The notes below the pieces were generated by a model. That model saw only the letters and a list, made by a program, of their open reading frames with translations. It was not told the DNA's origin and searched no databases. Positions 42,400-54,869 of a stretch of DNA of 64,000 nt are shown piece after piece. This DNA comes from Eledone cirrhosa (Eukaryota), in contig OZ024741.1 of NCBI GenBank assembly GCA_964016885.1, forward strand, positions 381,114,001 through 381,178,000, given 5' to 3'. Each line of letters starts with the position of its first letter. Position 1 is the stretch's first letter. The translations under genes were made by a program, and so were the position numbers.

Positions 42400-43780
42400 A
42401 TGCAGATATCGGATAAGAAAGTTATAACTAGCACCAATTCCTTCACCTATTTTGGCTCCACTTCCACCTCTTTTAAAGCTCGTCTCTATAATCACCATTC
42501 ATCTTTTAAATACAAACTTAAAAGAACCAACACGGCTCTCTCAGAACTCATATGGTCCTTGAAAGACAAAAACATTAAATATACCATCTTTTGGAAGAAG
42601 GTTTCTTCTGCGTCCTCATACTTGAACAGCTCTCTATCTAAAATCTGTAATCTCTGCCTAAATGAAAAATTTACCATTATCTCTAATCTAGATTCTATAA
42701 TAAATAGATGTACAGATTTGTTTTCTATCTGCCTGCATAAATTCCATAGGACTTTTCACAAAGTATACAGCTAATATTCAATTCTTTATCAATTTAGAAT
42801 CTTTTCTCAAAGGCACATATACATACACCTCTTTAAAATATACCCATCTTCCTACCTTACTTCAAAGGGCATTATACACTCTATAATACTTGTTTACTCA
42901 TTACCCTCATTCTATCTTCACCTTGTAAAATCCTTCATAACATATACATTTGTTTTTTTGACGTTAGAATATTCATCCGCAATTATTATTATTTTTCTCT
43001 CCCCATCAACGAACTCATTCTTAATACATATTAACTATTTCTTCGCACATATTATCAATTCCTTCAATATACAAACCTTAACTTCCCATTATTTTTCTCA
43101 AATCATCTAATACACAAACCTTAATAATTTTTTAATACATATTAACTCTTTCTTGGCACATATTATCAATTCCTTCAATATACAAACTTTAACTTCACAT
43201 TATTTTTCTCAAATCCTTCTACACACAAACCTTAATAATTTTTTCTCTTCGTTAATTTTGAAATTGCCACAATACTTATAAACATACACCTTTTGACGTT
43301 AGAATATTCATCCGCAATTATTATTTTTTCTCTCTATCTTCATACATATCAACTCCCTCTTTTTCCTCGTACATATTTTTCCCTTCGTTAATTTTCAAAT
43401 TCTTTTAATTTATACATTATCTTCCAACGGTTCTCAACCTCTCTATGTAAAACAATATATCTTTTCTCAGTTATAAAAACTATCTCTTTCTCTCTATCAC
43501 CCATCTCTCCCTCTCCACCTTCACTCTCATCTCCTCCCCTTTTTCATCCTTTCCACCACCCCCTCTCTAAATAAAATATTTTTCCCAATATCACACATCA
43601 ATCTAAAACCACTTTTCATATGTTGATTTAAAACTGCACTATCCACAAGTGTTTTTTAGCCTTCATATCACGTTCTCCTGTTTTATCTGATGAAAACACA
43701 AATATTATTGCATGATGATGTTTGTTTTTGAAATGCGCATAATAAAATACATGGAACTCCTTTAACCATCTTTTGATCTT
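42400..43780 (+). mobile_element. Hydra-like PLE 3' portion: GIY-YIG fragment, internally duplicated 3' UTR, HHR
   Basis: YFGSTSTSFKARLYNHHSSF..LSELIWSLKD..CNLCLNEK; UTR repeats at 42955/43291 and 43021/43132. Confidence 0.85.
43681..43747 (+). ncRNA. Type I hammerhead ribozyme
   Basis: ttttat CTGATGA aaaca..tgttttt GAAA tgcgca TA ataaaa. Confidence 0.85.
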
Positions 43781-43884
43781 ATATATTATATATATATATA
43801 TATATTTATATGTGTGTGTATCTTGTATGTGTATCTGTGCGTGTGTGTGTGTGTGTGTGTGTGTGCTCGCGCGTGTGTGTGTGT

Positions 43885-43989
43885 GAAGGATTCTGGACCC
43901 CGAAGTCTGAGATCCTGCCGTTTCAACAGCTAGTTCAGAACTAACTGTTGAAACGGCAGGAGCTCAGCTGTCAGGGTCCCGAATTCTTC
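43885..43989. repeat. ~50-bp-arm fold-back made from the 3' half of an HHR related to 22178-22269
   Basis: ctgagatcctgccgtttcaacagctagttc / gaactaactgttgaaacggcaggagctcag. Confidence 0.85.
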
Positions 43990-44070
43990 ATACTCTACTA
44001 CCCCAAGTATCTGGTAATCTGGTGAGTAATGGTCTAACAGGATTTTACTGATTTTTATATATATATATAT

Positions 44071-44440
44071 ACTAGCCGACCGGTGACTCGTTGGTTTTCG
44101 TTCACTTAAAAGTATTTTGTAAATTCATGTTCACTTAAACATAAATATTCATCTATCCCCCCTCTCTCTCTCTCTCTGTATATATATATATATATATATG
44201 TCTCTCTTTCAATCTACTCTCTCATAACCACTACCTTTTTAACTCTGTCTATTTATGAAGGTACCCGGAAAAAACCCGTATCTCGGGATCCCGTGCTCCG
44301 ATTCACATGAAACTTGTTTTATTCCTTTTGTATTCCCATTTCAGGGGCAACCTTTTTCAAAGTATATTCCCGTTATGCACCGTTTTGGCTGTATTTAATT
44401 ACAGACCAGACACAATCACAGAGTTTTAGTTGTATATAGA
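44071..44440 (+). mobile_element. Short HINE/DINE-1-like element
   Basis: actagc start in (TA)n; cagac..cagagttttagttgtatataga end. Confidence 0.55.
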
Positions 44441-45127
44441 CATATAAATGTATCCAACTCTCTATATACATATCTATACATTAGTTGAAGTAGCACGTAG
44501 AATTCTATCTATGGGTTTGGGTGTGGACGATTTGAGCCTGTCCTATACACTACACATAGATGAGTGATTTTAGAGAAGAAATGTACAGACACATCTGATC
44601 TCAAATACGTGACAGGATCTTACAATCTTACAAATGCAACAAAAGGGCAAAACTACTAGCACACCAGTTATGCTAGTCGTTAGATTAGAGCACATACTTA
44701 TATAATCCATGGGAGGCATAAGCATATAACTAACGCGTAAGAAATAGAAACATTTTAAATAGTAAAAGGTAAACTAAGTATAAAATGTAAACATTAATCT
44801 GAACCAGAACAATGTTTTTAAAGACCGAGAAATATGTGGTCTAAAAGCATGGATAGTGAAATATATTCAAAATAAACCAAACTTTGTATAATAGAATTCA
44901 AATCACAAAACCCAATCTAAGACATGATACAGTGTTAGGATGGAAGAAGGAGGACTGTTTATGGTTCATGTCCACTTGAACGAAGCGTTATGAAATGAGT
45001 TCTAAATAGGGACAGAGCCCTCCGCAGTCAGGATAGCAAAGTAAGTGTTGTACGCGTCTGGGCAAGAATAATCGTAGTGAGTTGGCAAATAAATTATTTT
45101 GTTCATTCGATTAGCTATTATGCACAT

Positions 45128-45330
45128 AGGTAAGGCAGAATTGGTAGAATCGATAGATCGTCGGACAGAGTGCTTTGCGGCATTTGCCCTGGCACTTTAC
45201 ATTTTGATTTCAAATCCCACCGTAGTCACCTTTGCCTTTCATCCTTACGGGGGTCATTAAAATGAAGAACCAGTGGATATAATTGACTTACCCCTTCTTC
45301 CACGTTTTAGGCCTTGGCCTATGTTAGAAA
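45128..45330 (+). mobile_element. SINE, same family as 1520-1735
   Basis: Head, ttcaaatcc box, ctttgcctttcatccttacggggg core, tail aggccttggcctatgttagaaa. Confidence 0.85.
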
Positions 45331-46680
45331 CCCTTATGACATTCTTGGATGAAGTATGAGTAACGTACTAAAGATAGGAACAATAGCCCAAAATGAGACT
45401 TGTTTCAACTTTGTAGTGGGCCAACAAATATCCTAGTATAAGTCAGGTCTGATCACGCAGAAATATATCCAAGACTACGTATCTTTTTTTTGACTCGGAT
45501 AGTGTTGAGTATTTGATTGAGGTACTGTATAATTGCATATATTGTAACGCTGCTACTGTTAATTAGTGCGTGCCTGTGCTTGTGAAACGAGGTAGTATCT
45601 CTGTTTACCGCGATGAATGCTTGTGGTGTGTATTATATTAGTAGTAAATAAGGCAAGTATCTCTTCAATGAATAATGTATGTTTATTTTGGGATGGTTTT
45701 CGTCAAGTTGATGGTTTCACTTAGATTGCTGATTTAATTTATTGTGGTGTGTGATTTTATATGGTGTTATAATTTTTTCTTTCTTTTATCTATAATGTTA
45801 TTGTGACTATCTTTCTTTTGACATCAGCTTTGCCTGAAATGTATTTTGTTAAGTCTCAAAGTCGATATAATTTCAGAGACGGTAGAGAATGTAGTATATC
45901 TGTCTAAGCTCTCTTAACCAAACGGATGTGTATCTGAAGATGCCAGATTTATAGCCATCGTCTGTTTACTGTTTTATTTTACTTATTCTACTTTTTGTTA
46001 TTATTCGTATTTCTTTACCAGGATGGGTGCTTCTTTATTTGATTCCTTTGATAAAGGGTCAACGTGACTTAGTTAACACGTTGTCTGTCTGTTTGTACCG
46101 TATGTTCGTGCGTTTGTCTTCCTAAGCTTCTATATCATTAGCAATAATTAATATACGTAGTATTATATTTGATGATATCTATCACGATATACGTGTCTAC
46201 GCTACCACGATAATTCATTTTACAGTTAACATTTCTCCTATTATATTACCAATTTGTTCCACCGATATGTTTAGATGCCAATGAGAGTACCTCTTCATTA
46301 GCTCACAAGTTAGAAATAGCAACCAACACTCATATAAATCAACCACATTGTCTTTCATAAAATGAAGAATACAGTGGACAATATTGTGCTAAACACACTA
46401 TGTAGCACATGAAAACGGAATGGTAAATATGATCAGAGTTTTTATCGATCAAGGCTACAACAACACTAACCTATATGTGTACTATCTGCTATTTATATAT
46501 GAAGTGGCCCTATAAATGTAACTCTGAGGTAAGATATAATTTTACTGCCAAAAACCTCCGCTAAAGGGTTTCTTCTTACCGACAAAGAATTCGGCGAAAT
46601 ATATAAAGTTGTTAAAGTATTCAGTTCCTGCACAGTATTTACATTAACATTCCTAGTCGATCCAGTGTGTACCTCTAGAG

Positions 46681-48880
46681 CAGTGTTTCTGAACCTTTTT
46701 GACACCCGGACCCACTTATTTTACAAGCGTAAACTAGTGCTCAAAAACTATTCCGGACTATAACCCCCACATGATATATATACTAGTGCTTCTCAATCTT
46801 TTTGTTCTCCCGGCCCACTTTACTCCTTAGAAAATGCCAGGGTCAGTGCTCAAAGAGCATTCTGGCACACTTACCCCAATATGATCCCGACTGCATTTAA
46901 ATTTCACGAGTGAAGAACACGAATTCTTGATAAAAAGTCAATAAAAAATAAGAAAAAATTTAATGGTCGTTTTAACAATGCTCAAATGCTCAGTGCTTGT
47001 GGCTGCACTGCTCCTGATGTCTTTCAATAAGACTGTCGAATTGGACTTCAAAGGATTGGTTCAACTTGAGCCGGAAATCTCCCCGGTTGATGGTTTGAAG
47101 AAGGTTTCTAAAAAAAAATATCATTTAGCATGGAAAAACCAGATTCAACCTGCCACGTTGTAGGAAAAGAGGGAATAAAAGGAAAGGCTTGATCATAAAG
47201 GTTTGGAAATATTTTTTCCACATTAAGCCAGCCGTGAAGGCCCTCGCGTTCCATTTTTCCCATCAATAGCGCATTCTCTTTGAGTTCAGCAAGTTGCTGT
47301 AAGATTAGGATCCAGGGTTTCGTCGCTAATAACATCAACATTTTGAATGTCCAACAGCTACTGCGGGGGCTTCATGTCCAGTATATCATGAAATCGTCGT
47401 TTGAAATCAGTAAATTTCTCATGTGGTCGACGCAGCTGATCAAAACGGCGTCAGAAGGTATGGTTTTGGAGAGATTTGGAAAGCATGCGAATTCACGTTT
47501 CTGCAGATGATTTGACCATAAACTAAGCTTAGAGATGACGGATCGAATTTTTTCTGTACAATACACTATTGTAGTCGCACGGCCTTGAAGGGTCTTGTTT
47601 AATGAATTAACGTGTGCAAAAGTATCAGCCAGATAAAACAATTTGGTCTTGGTATCGTTGTGGCTTAAGTTTTCGACTATCGACTAGGAGGCCTGCTCTT
47701 TCTCGTTGAATTCGTCTGCATGCCTCAGTAGCCATTCGCTGGATGAATAGAAAAAGCGGATCCCATCATTTTACGAGACGATTTAGCGAATTTCCCTTGG
47801 AAAGCCAGCGAACCTCGGTATGTAAAAGAATGCACGATGTTCTTCATTTTCACACAGTTCTGAAAACAATCGTTCGTAGAGACCATTCGCTTTTACGAAG
47901 TTAATGCTTGAAATAGCAACTTGAAGTGCATGCTCCATGTCGTTACTTAGGCATTTGGCTGCAAGGTGTTGACGGTGAATGATGCAGTGTATGGATAAGA
48001 CGTGTGGTGCGACTTTCTTAAGTTTTGCAATGAATCCATTATGTACACCCGTCATAGCATTTGCACCGTCTGTGACAATCTGAAGTAGATTAGAAAGTGG
48101 GATGTTTTTTACTTCAAAATATTCATACACTGATTCAAAAATTGATTCGCTTTTTGTATCTTTCAATGATTTCATAAAAAGCATTTCTTCACGAATACAC
48201 GTTCCCTGAATGAACTGAACATAGGCAAGAAGTAATGCACAGTTATGAAGAGTCGTTTCATCAATTTGGAGAGAAAATTTGAGTACTCGAAGCTTCTCCA
48301 CCAGCTGATTTTCAATATCTGCTGCCATTTCATCCTGTCTGCGTTTGATTGTGTCGTTGGAAAGTGGAATTTTCGATAAAATATTGGCGGATTCTTCTAC
48401 CAGCATTTCCTTTGCACACGCAAGCATGGCTGATTTTACCAGGAGTTCGGCGATCGTGTGAGGTTTACACACCATTGCGACCATTTCACTTACGATATAA
48501 CTCGATTTAAGTGCCTTTTTGTTAACATCGTTCTTTTTTCCGGAAGTTGTGACTTTCTTCTGTGTGTTTCCAACTTATTCTTAAAATATTCAACACTTCT
48601 TCCAACGGAGGTCGGGTGTGCAGCTTTTTGATGCTGTAATAACTTTGACTTCTTCATGGAATCATTTGTCATTAACTTTCCACACTCCACACATTCGGGC
48701 CTATCGGAATCGATTTCTGATGGTGCAAAGCCGAGAAGTAGAAAGTCTTCATTATAACTCCTAGTAAACGGTCGTTTGGTATAATTCGATGACATGACGC
48801 TGACAAAATTAGATAAAACTAAAACGAAAGAAAACGGCAAAAAGTTGAGTACGGCCCTTTCTGTGTTGATATTTCTCATC
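46681..48880 (-). mobile_element. Buster/Charlie-type hAT DNA transposon (ZBED5/SCAND3-like transposase pseudogene)
   Basis: BED-like PECVECG..NDSMKKSKLLQH; KPHTIAE.LV, IPLSNDTIKRR, FSLQIDE, TDGANAMTG, HCIIHRQHLA, PSFPTTWQVESGFS; TIR cagtgtttctgaacct after 8-bp ctctagag. Other TIR not found. Confidence 0.92.
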
Positions 48881-50671
48881 TCTCACTAATATTTACTTTT
48901 AAAGTAATTTTCGTTGTTCGCTTTACAACATTGTTTGTTATTTTGAAACATTTTAAAACTCACATATACATTAAAATGACAATGCGTTTAGGAAGTTTGA
49001 CACTCGACGTTAACGTGATGGGTTTGATTCCCGGACCGAGTGTTCCATTGTATTCTTGAGCAAAAGGCTTCCTTTTACATTGCTCCAGTTCAATCAGCTA
49101 AAGAAAAGTGAGTACCTGCAGAGGCAGGAAGTTAACTTCTGCAACAGAGTGGTGCCTTTCCATGATAGAACTTGAACCCCTATCATTAAAAAACTCGTGA
49201 AACCTCATATGAGATGCAACCTCGTTGGAAAGCAGCTAAACATACATTGGTGTGAGATGCAACAACACCATTTCTAATCCGATACATTTGTTGGTAGCCG
49301 CAAAACTGCATGTGATGGACGAAATTCTGTACATAATTTTTCAGTTCACAGGACTGACACAGCATCCTTATTGCATTCAGGAATTAGGGTGTCTTTTAAT
49401 GCCACAGCATCTTTAAATTTCATGGTTGTTTGATAATCCTGCTATTTTCATTATACAAATTTAAGAGCTGTGTTTGACTATGCCAAGTTAATACAGCTTC
49501 AAATCACTACTGGAAATTTTCTTTTGAAGCGTTTGGGTGAGTTAGTGGTAGCTATAATTCTGTTTTGGTGAATGCAATTCACAAGGGTTTCTAGACTGAT
49601 CTCCGCTCTTCAGATTGTACTAAATCTAGCTTAATAGTGACAAGATAATGAGGATAGAGATCATCAGATATGCCACTATCTCAACTATTTTACTTTCAGT
49701 TTTGCTACGATCTCCATCATAGGTTGTCAACAGCTGCAGAAATACGAACCAACATCTTTTATACTACATATTATTTGAAAATGGTATTTCTATAAAATTT
49801 AACCATGAAGCGAGGTCAACATTACATTACATTCTTTCAAGGTCGATAAAAACATATCAACCAATGACTGGTGCGGATTGTTCTATGAATTCTCATTTCC
49901 CCTCCTCCTCCCTCACTCTGGAACAGATCGTCAGTGTTCAGACCAGGAAATAAGATGCGGTTTGTCGGGTTTTAAGAAATACCCAAGACAAGCTCTACTC
50001 AATACGGAGTTACAGGTTCATATATACAACGTTTTAGCGCTCAGGTTTATCATCAATAACATATGAAATCATCCATATAAAGTGAAAGCTATTTTCTGGA
50101 ATGTTTTGTTTTCGATATTCAGCCTAAATAACGTGTTCCATATGCGTATTACGTTTTGATTTCGAATCCTTCCAAGATCAAATTTACTTGACATTATTCC
50201 AGGATCGATGAACCACATAAATAAAAGCTAAATGTAATGACCGTAATAATTTGCAAAGTATCAGAGATTAGGATGGGGACTCGATGGAAGATAATATGTC
50301 TCATGGGTAGGTGTAATAGAAACTAGTTAATCAAGACTTTGAGTTATCTGACTGCGTGCCACAGGGTGAACTGTACTAATGGCATCAGGCGGAAATGTCA
50401 AGTCAATGTGCAGCGGATTAATTAGACTACCCAAGTATAGCTCGAGTACATTGCACAGATTGCTGCACAGTAGCTTCGAACAGAATAGCCAAAATATATA
50501 GTCAGTCTCACCACACACACATTCACATACATCACACGTAGACACGCACACTTGTGTGTATCATGCAAATGTGATTTCAATACACACACACTCACTCTCT
50601 ATCTCTCTCACACACACACACACACATACACACACACACATGTATATATTTATATGTATACATACATATAA

Positions 50672-50851
<180 letters not shown>

Positions 50852-50908
50852 AAATATATATATATATATATATAAATATATACAATAAATATATATATAT
50901 ATATATAT

Positions 50909-51965
50909 ATATCATAAATCATGTCCTTAGAATTATTAGATATAATATATACCATTTCTTCTCCCAATTAGCATAATTAACCATATAAAAAAATCAATTA
51001 GACCAGGCTATAAGAATAAAGGCTCTTATGGAGAAATTTTCGACAAATAACCGAAAGCGGCCTCTTTGCGGTGACCCCAATAGAGTATTTATCCAACATT
51101 TCAACAGCATGTAGAAACTGACTAAATATACCGTCAACCGTACACAATTAGGTGTAAATTTAAACTTAGAAGAAACGTGTACATACAATAATTATATCTC
51201 TACCATGGTTTCGTCCGTATTTTTAGATATCCTATTGTTAGGATTTATCCGGAGTAATAGACTCATCAGGAGACAAACTCAAGACTGGACAGTTAATTTT
51301 CCAAAGCGATCGCGCCAAAAATAGATTCAAAAATGGCTAAGCATCGTGACGTGGCAGTGGTCAAGTTAGAAAGAATGTGATTAGTTGCCTACGGCAGGTA
51401 GGCTTGTTGCTAGAAAGCGCAGCCCAATATTGATATTGCCCAATTGTATCTCAACCCAACGGGAGATTATTAAATATACAGATTTACATATACATAAAGT
51501 CATAGATATATATGTGGCAACCGGTCACGTTGTGGCTCAATGAAAAATTAATAAATTAAATAATCAGAGCAATATATCATAAATCGTGTCCTTAGAATTA
51601 TTAGATATAATATATACCATTTCTTCTTCCAATTAGCATAATTAACCATATAAAAAATCAATTAGACCAGGCTATAAGAATAAAGGCTCTTATGAAGAAA
51701 TTTTCGATAAATAACCGAGAGCGGCCTCTTCGCGGTGACCCCAATAGAGTATTTATCCAACATTTCAACAGCATGTAGAAACTGACTAAATATACCGTCA
51801 ACCATACACAATTAGATGTAAATTTAAACTTAGAAGAAACGTGTACATACCGTAATTATATCTCTACCATGGTTTCGTCCGTATTAATTCTTCATTGAGC
51901 CACAACGTGACCGGTTGCCACATATATATCTATGAATTTATGTATATGTAAATCTTTATATTTAT
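50909..51965 (-). mobile_element. Non-coding HHR-bearing repeat, family B: 665-bp unit as ~1.5-mer plus inverted tail
   Basis: 50909-51220 repeated at 51574-51885; 51890-51965 is an inverted copy of ~51474-51544. Confidence 0.88.
51197..51273 (-). ncRNA. Type I hammerhead ribozyme
   Basis: Minus: tctc CTGATGA gtct..ggac GAAA ccatgg TA gaga. Confidence 0.9.
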
Positions 51966-51979
51966 ATATATATATATAT

Positions 51980-52860
51980 ATAGTAATAATAATAGTAATA
52001 ATAATAAATTTGAAGACTAAAATCCAAAGAGGGCTCGATAAGGATAAATATATATCAAATATATAAGAACCGTAGAGCAAATATTTATTAAAATAACAGA
52101 TTAAAGTTTAAGCAAAGAATCGCTGCTTTCACCCTTAACGGGATCTTATGAAACTAACAAAGTCAATCTGTAAACGCAGAAGTGGATATTTCAAAAAACG
52201 TTGCAACCGGAGGAAGACAGGAAGACGATACTTTGGTTCGTGGAAACGTTCGCTGGCAAAGAACGGGAATAGACGATGGATTTGTGATCCTTCAGGATAA
52301 AGTGGGTAGAAATAGGGTCCAGAGGTTCGGTCCGGTCCAGGATGTTAAGATCAGATGTGATTTTAAACCCACCATCGTTGGTTTCATTGATGACGCACCG
52401 ATTAGTTTTACTGCAATCCTTAGTTACAGCATTATGTAGTAGATGATGGTAAGTACTGCGCTCCACTTGATATAGGTTGCCAGTTTTGTCGGAATGGACG
52501 TGCACGGCATTAGAATCCTTAATAGAACGAATTCTATTCTTCAGGTCTTGCTGGAAGGAATTGCTCCTATTCCAAAATTTGATACTCCGAATGAGTTCCA
52601 AGACATCATTTTCGAAGGGTAGCAATGCTGGGTTACACGGGGGGTTATTATAAGTTTTAAATCCAAATTCATCCTGTTTGTTGTCTGCTTTTCGCGGATT
52701 ATCGAAATAAAAAGCACGCCAACGCAATCTTTTAATGAACGCGTCTGTTTTCTGTATCAGGAGTTTTAGATATGTTTTCCTGCTTGGTACGGGTATGTTC
52801 TTTGTAGAAATATTCAGATGTTGTTTCTGCATGATGAATATAAGTCAGTAGAATGCTCAA
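51980..52860 (-). mobile_element. Internally deleted Hydra-like PLE: N-terminal region joined to a pLTR tail
   Basis: STKNIPVPS..LIQKTDAFIKRLRWRA..FENDV..DKTGNLY..LKDHK; tail shared with ~28000-28070 and ~6320-6400; degenerate HHR ~52115-52152. Confidence 0.8.
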
Positions 52861-52934
52861 CCGAAACGAACAAAGTTATGTCTGTTCCATTCGACTCGAT
52901 TCGTCTCCTATGTACAAATAAATTTATATATATG

Positions 52935-53183
52935 TGCCTGAGACAGAGGAGACTGAGGTTAGCTGGACATGCTCACCAACATCCAGAGTTGACATTGCAC
53001 TCAGTGCTCATGTGGGAGCCCCTATATGACCACACTGGAAGAGGAAGACCAAGGTTAACGTATGTTGATGCCCTAAGGACAGACACTTGTCTGTTGGAGA
53101 CGCAGTACATCGCAGCGATAATGATGGACAGAGACCGCTGGAGAGAACTCGTCCATGGATCTCGGGAATTTTGCCCGCCCTAG
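52935..53183 (+). mobile_element. RTE-like LINE C-terminal fragment
   Basis: RQRRLRLAGH..LMWEP..GRGRPRLTYVD..MMDRDRWR. Confidence 0.85.
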
Positions 53184-53184
53184 A

Positions 53185-53258
<74 letters not shown>

Positions 53259-53279
53259 GGTAAACAGAAATAATAGCAC

Positions 53280-53507
53280 AATCGGTACAGTATATGAAAG
53301 GGATATATTAGGTTAACGCTTGAAATAGAGGGAAGAGAGTCTTAAAGTTTCGGACGCTAGTCCTTCATCAGAAGAAAGAATGAGATATTAGATAGACTGA
53401 AGGAACGGTGGGGTGTAATTGGAAAAATGTCTATAGATAAAAATAACAAGTCCATTCATGTTGAAAAAAACCCCAGTTTTTAAAAGGAGCTATACTTTTG
53501 CGCGTGC

Positions 53508-53563
<56 letters not shown>

Positions 53564-54868
53564 ATACGGCCGTACGAAGCTAAGAAGAAATGTGTGTGTA
53601 TATGTGTGTATGAAAAAAGTGGAGTGTGCATATTTTGTCGGTCTGTATTAGTTGTAAGAGAATATGTTTCTGACCATAAGACAGCCATAGGAATCAAGGG
53701 GTGAATGTACAAGCACGTGTGTGATAATGGACGGGGTATTAAGGAAATTGGGGAGGTGAGTTGAGTCCAAGAGGGAAATATGATCCAAGACGGTAGATCA
53801 GACTCTCTTCAGTTCTGGCACGCGAGGCTTGTGATCTGTGACGTAATAGGACTCCCAGGACTGAGACATATAGGGAAGAATGAACAGGAGAACGGAAATG
53901 AAGGGCGACAGGTTTAACAAAACCGAGTCGTATGTCCCTCAAATGTTCAGCAAAACGATCCGCAAGACGGCGTTCCGTTTTCCGATGTTTAAAGTCCCAT
54001 AAAGGGAACACTGGAGGGCATAGATAACGTAACTGGTCGTGCAGGTAAACGAGTGGCGGATAGCGAATGACCCTTCAGGGCCTGTCAGAGTGGTGAGGGT
54101 GGAAATGAAGGAACAAGTGTTTCAGCGGCGACGAGAGCAAGGATGAGAGCCCGGTTAGTCGTAAGAGAGGACGAGAAGGAACTGCGTACCAGGATGTCGC
54201 GGAGGTTACGGGGGCACTTAAATGCGGTAATGGGTGGGTTTGGAAAAAAGCGAGAATCGACGGGAAAAAAGCGAGAATCAGAAGTGAGGGTGCGGAAGGA
54301 ACGGAGGATATGTCGCCGGAGTGTTAATGTGATGGGGTGGTAGATGAGAGGGAAAGTAAGATAGGTGTTGGGAGGGCGCCAATGAGGTGAGAGAAGTGAG
54401 TTACGGTCGGTTTCACGGGCACGGGGGAGAGCAGCTGGGATCAGAGTGGGGGGATATCCACGCTGGATGAAGCGGGAAGCCATGTGAAGGGAATGGGTTT
54501 TGAAATCGTCGTCCTGGAAACAGAGCCGACGAAGACGGAGGATTTGAGGAGAGGGCATAGAGTGTTTGGTGTGGGTTGGATGGGAGGAGGTAAAGTCTAG
54601 GTAAGAGAGCGAGTCGGTTGTTTTTTTGAAGTTGGAAATAGAGAGGGTGTGGTAAGAGTGATCGATAGATAGAGAGATATCTAGAAAAGGGACGGAAGGA
54701 TCGGAGACGTGAGCGCTGAATATGAGAGCAGGGTGGGAGATTGGACAAAAGATAGAAAGCAGTCGAGTTGTTCAAGTGATAGAGAGGTGACACCGATACA
54801 GCCATCCATATAACGACCGTATAGCTCAGGAGTATGTCGAGTGCACTGGGAGAAGATCTGGGAGTCAT
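53280..54868 (-). mobile_element. Neptune-like PLE 3' half (RT thumb + GIY-YIG + pLTR)
   Basis: QILRLRRLC..RGYP, RNLRDILVRS, TERRLADRFAEHLRDI..LGSYFPLGLN. Confidence 0.85.
53340..53375 (-). ncRNA. Minimal PLE-type hammerhead ribozyme
   Basis: Minus: tctt CTGATGA a-ggac tagc gtcc GAAA ct TT aaga (stem III minimal/mutated). Confidence 0.8.
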
Positions 54869-54869
54869 T

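Noticed and set aside
47783-48879. Domesticated ZBED5/SCAND3-like host gene
   Set aside because: Multiple frameshifts and a retained TIR indicate a dead transposon copy.
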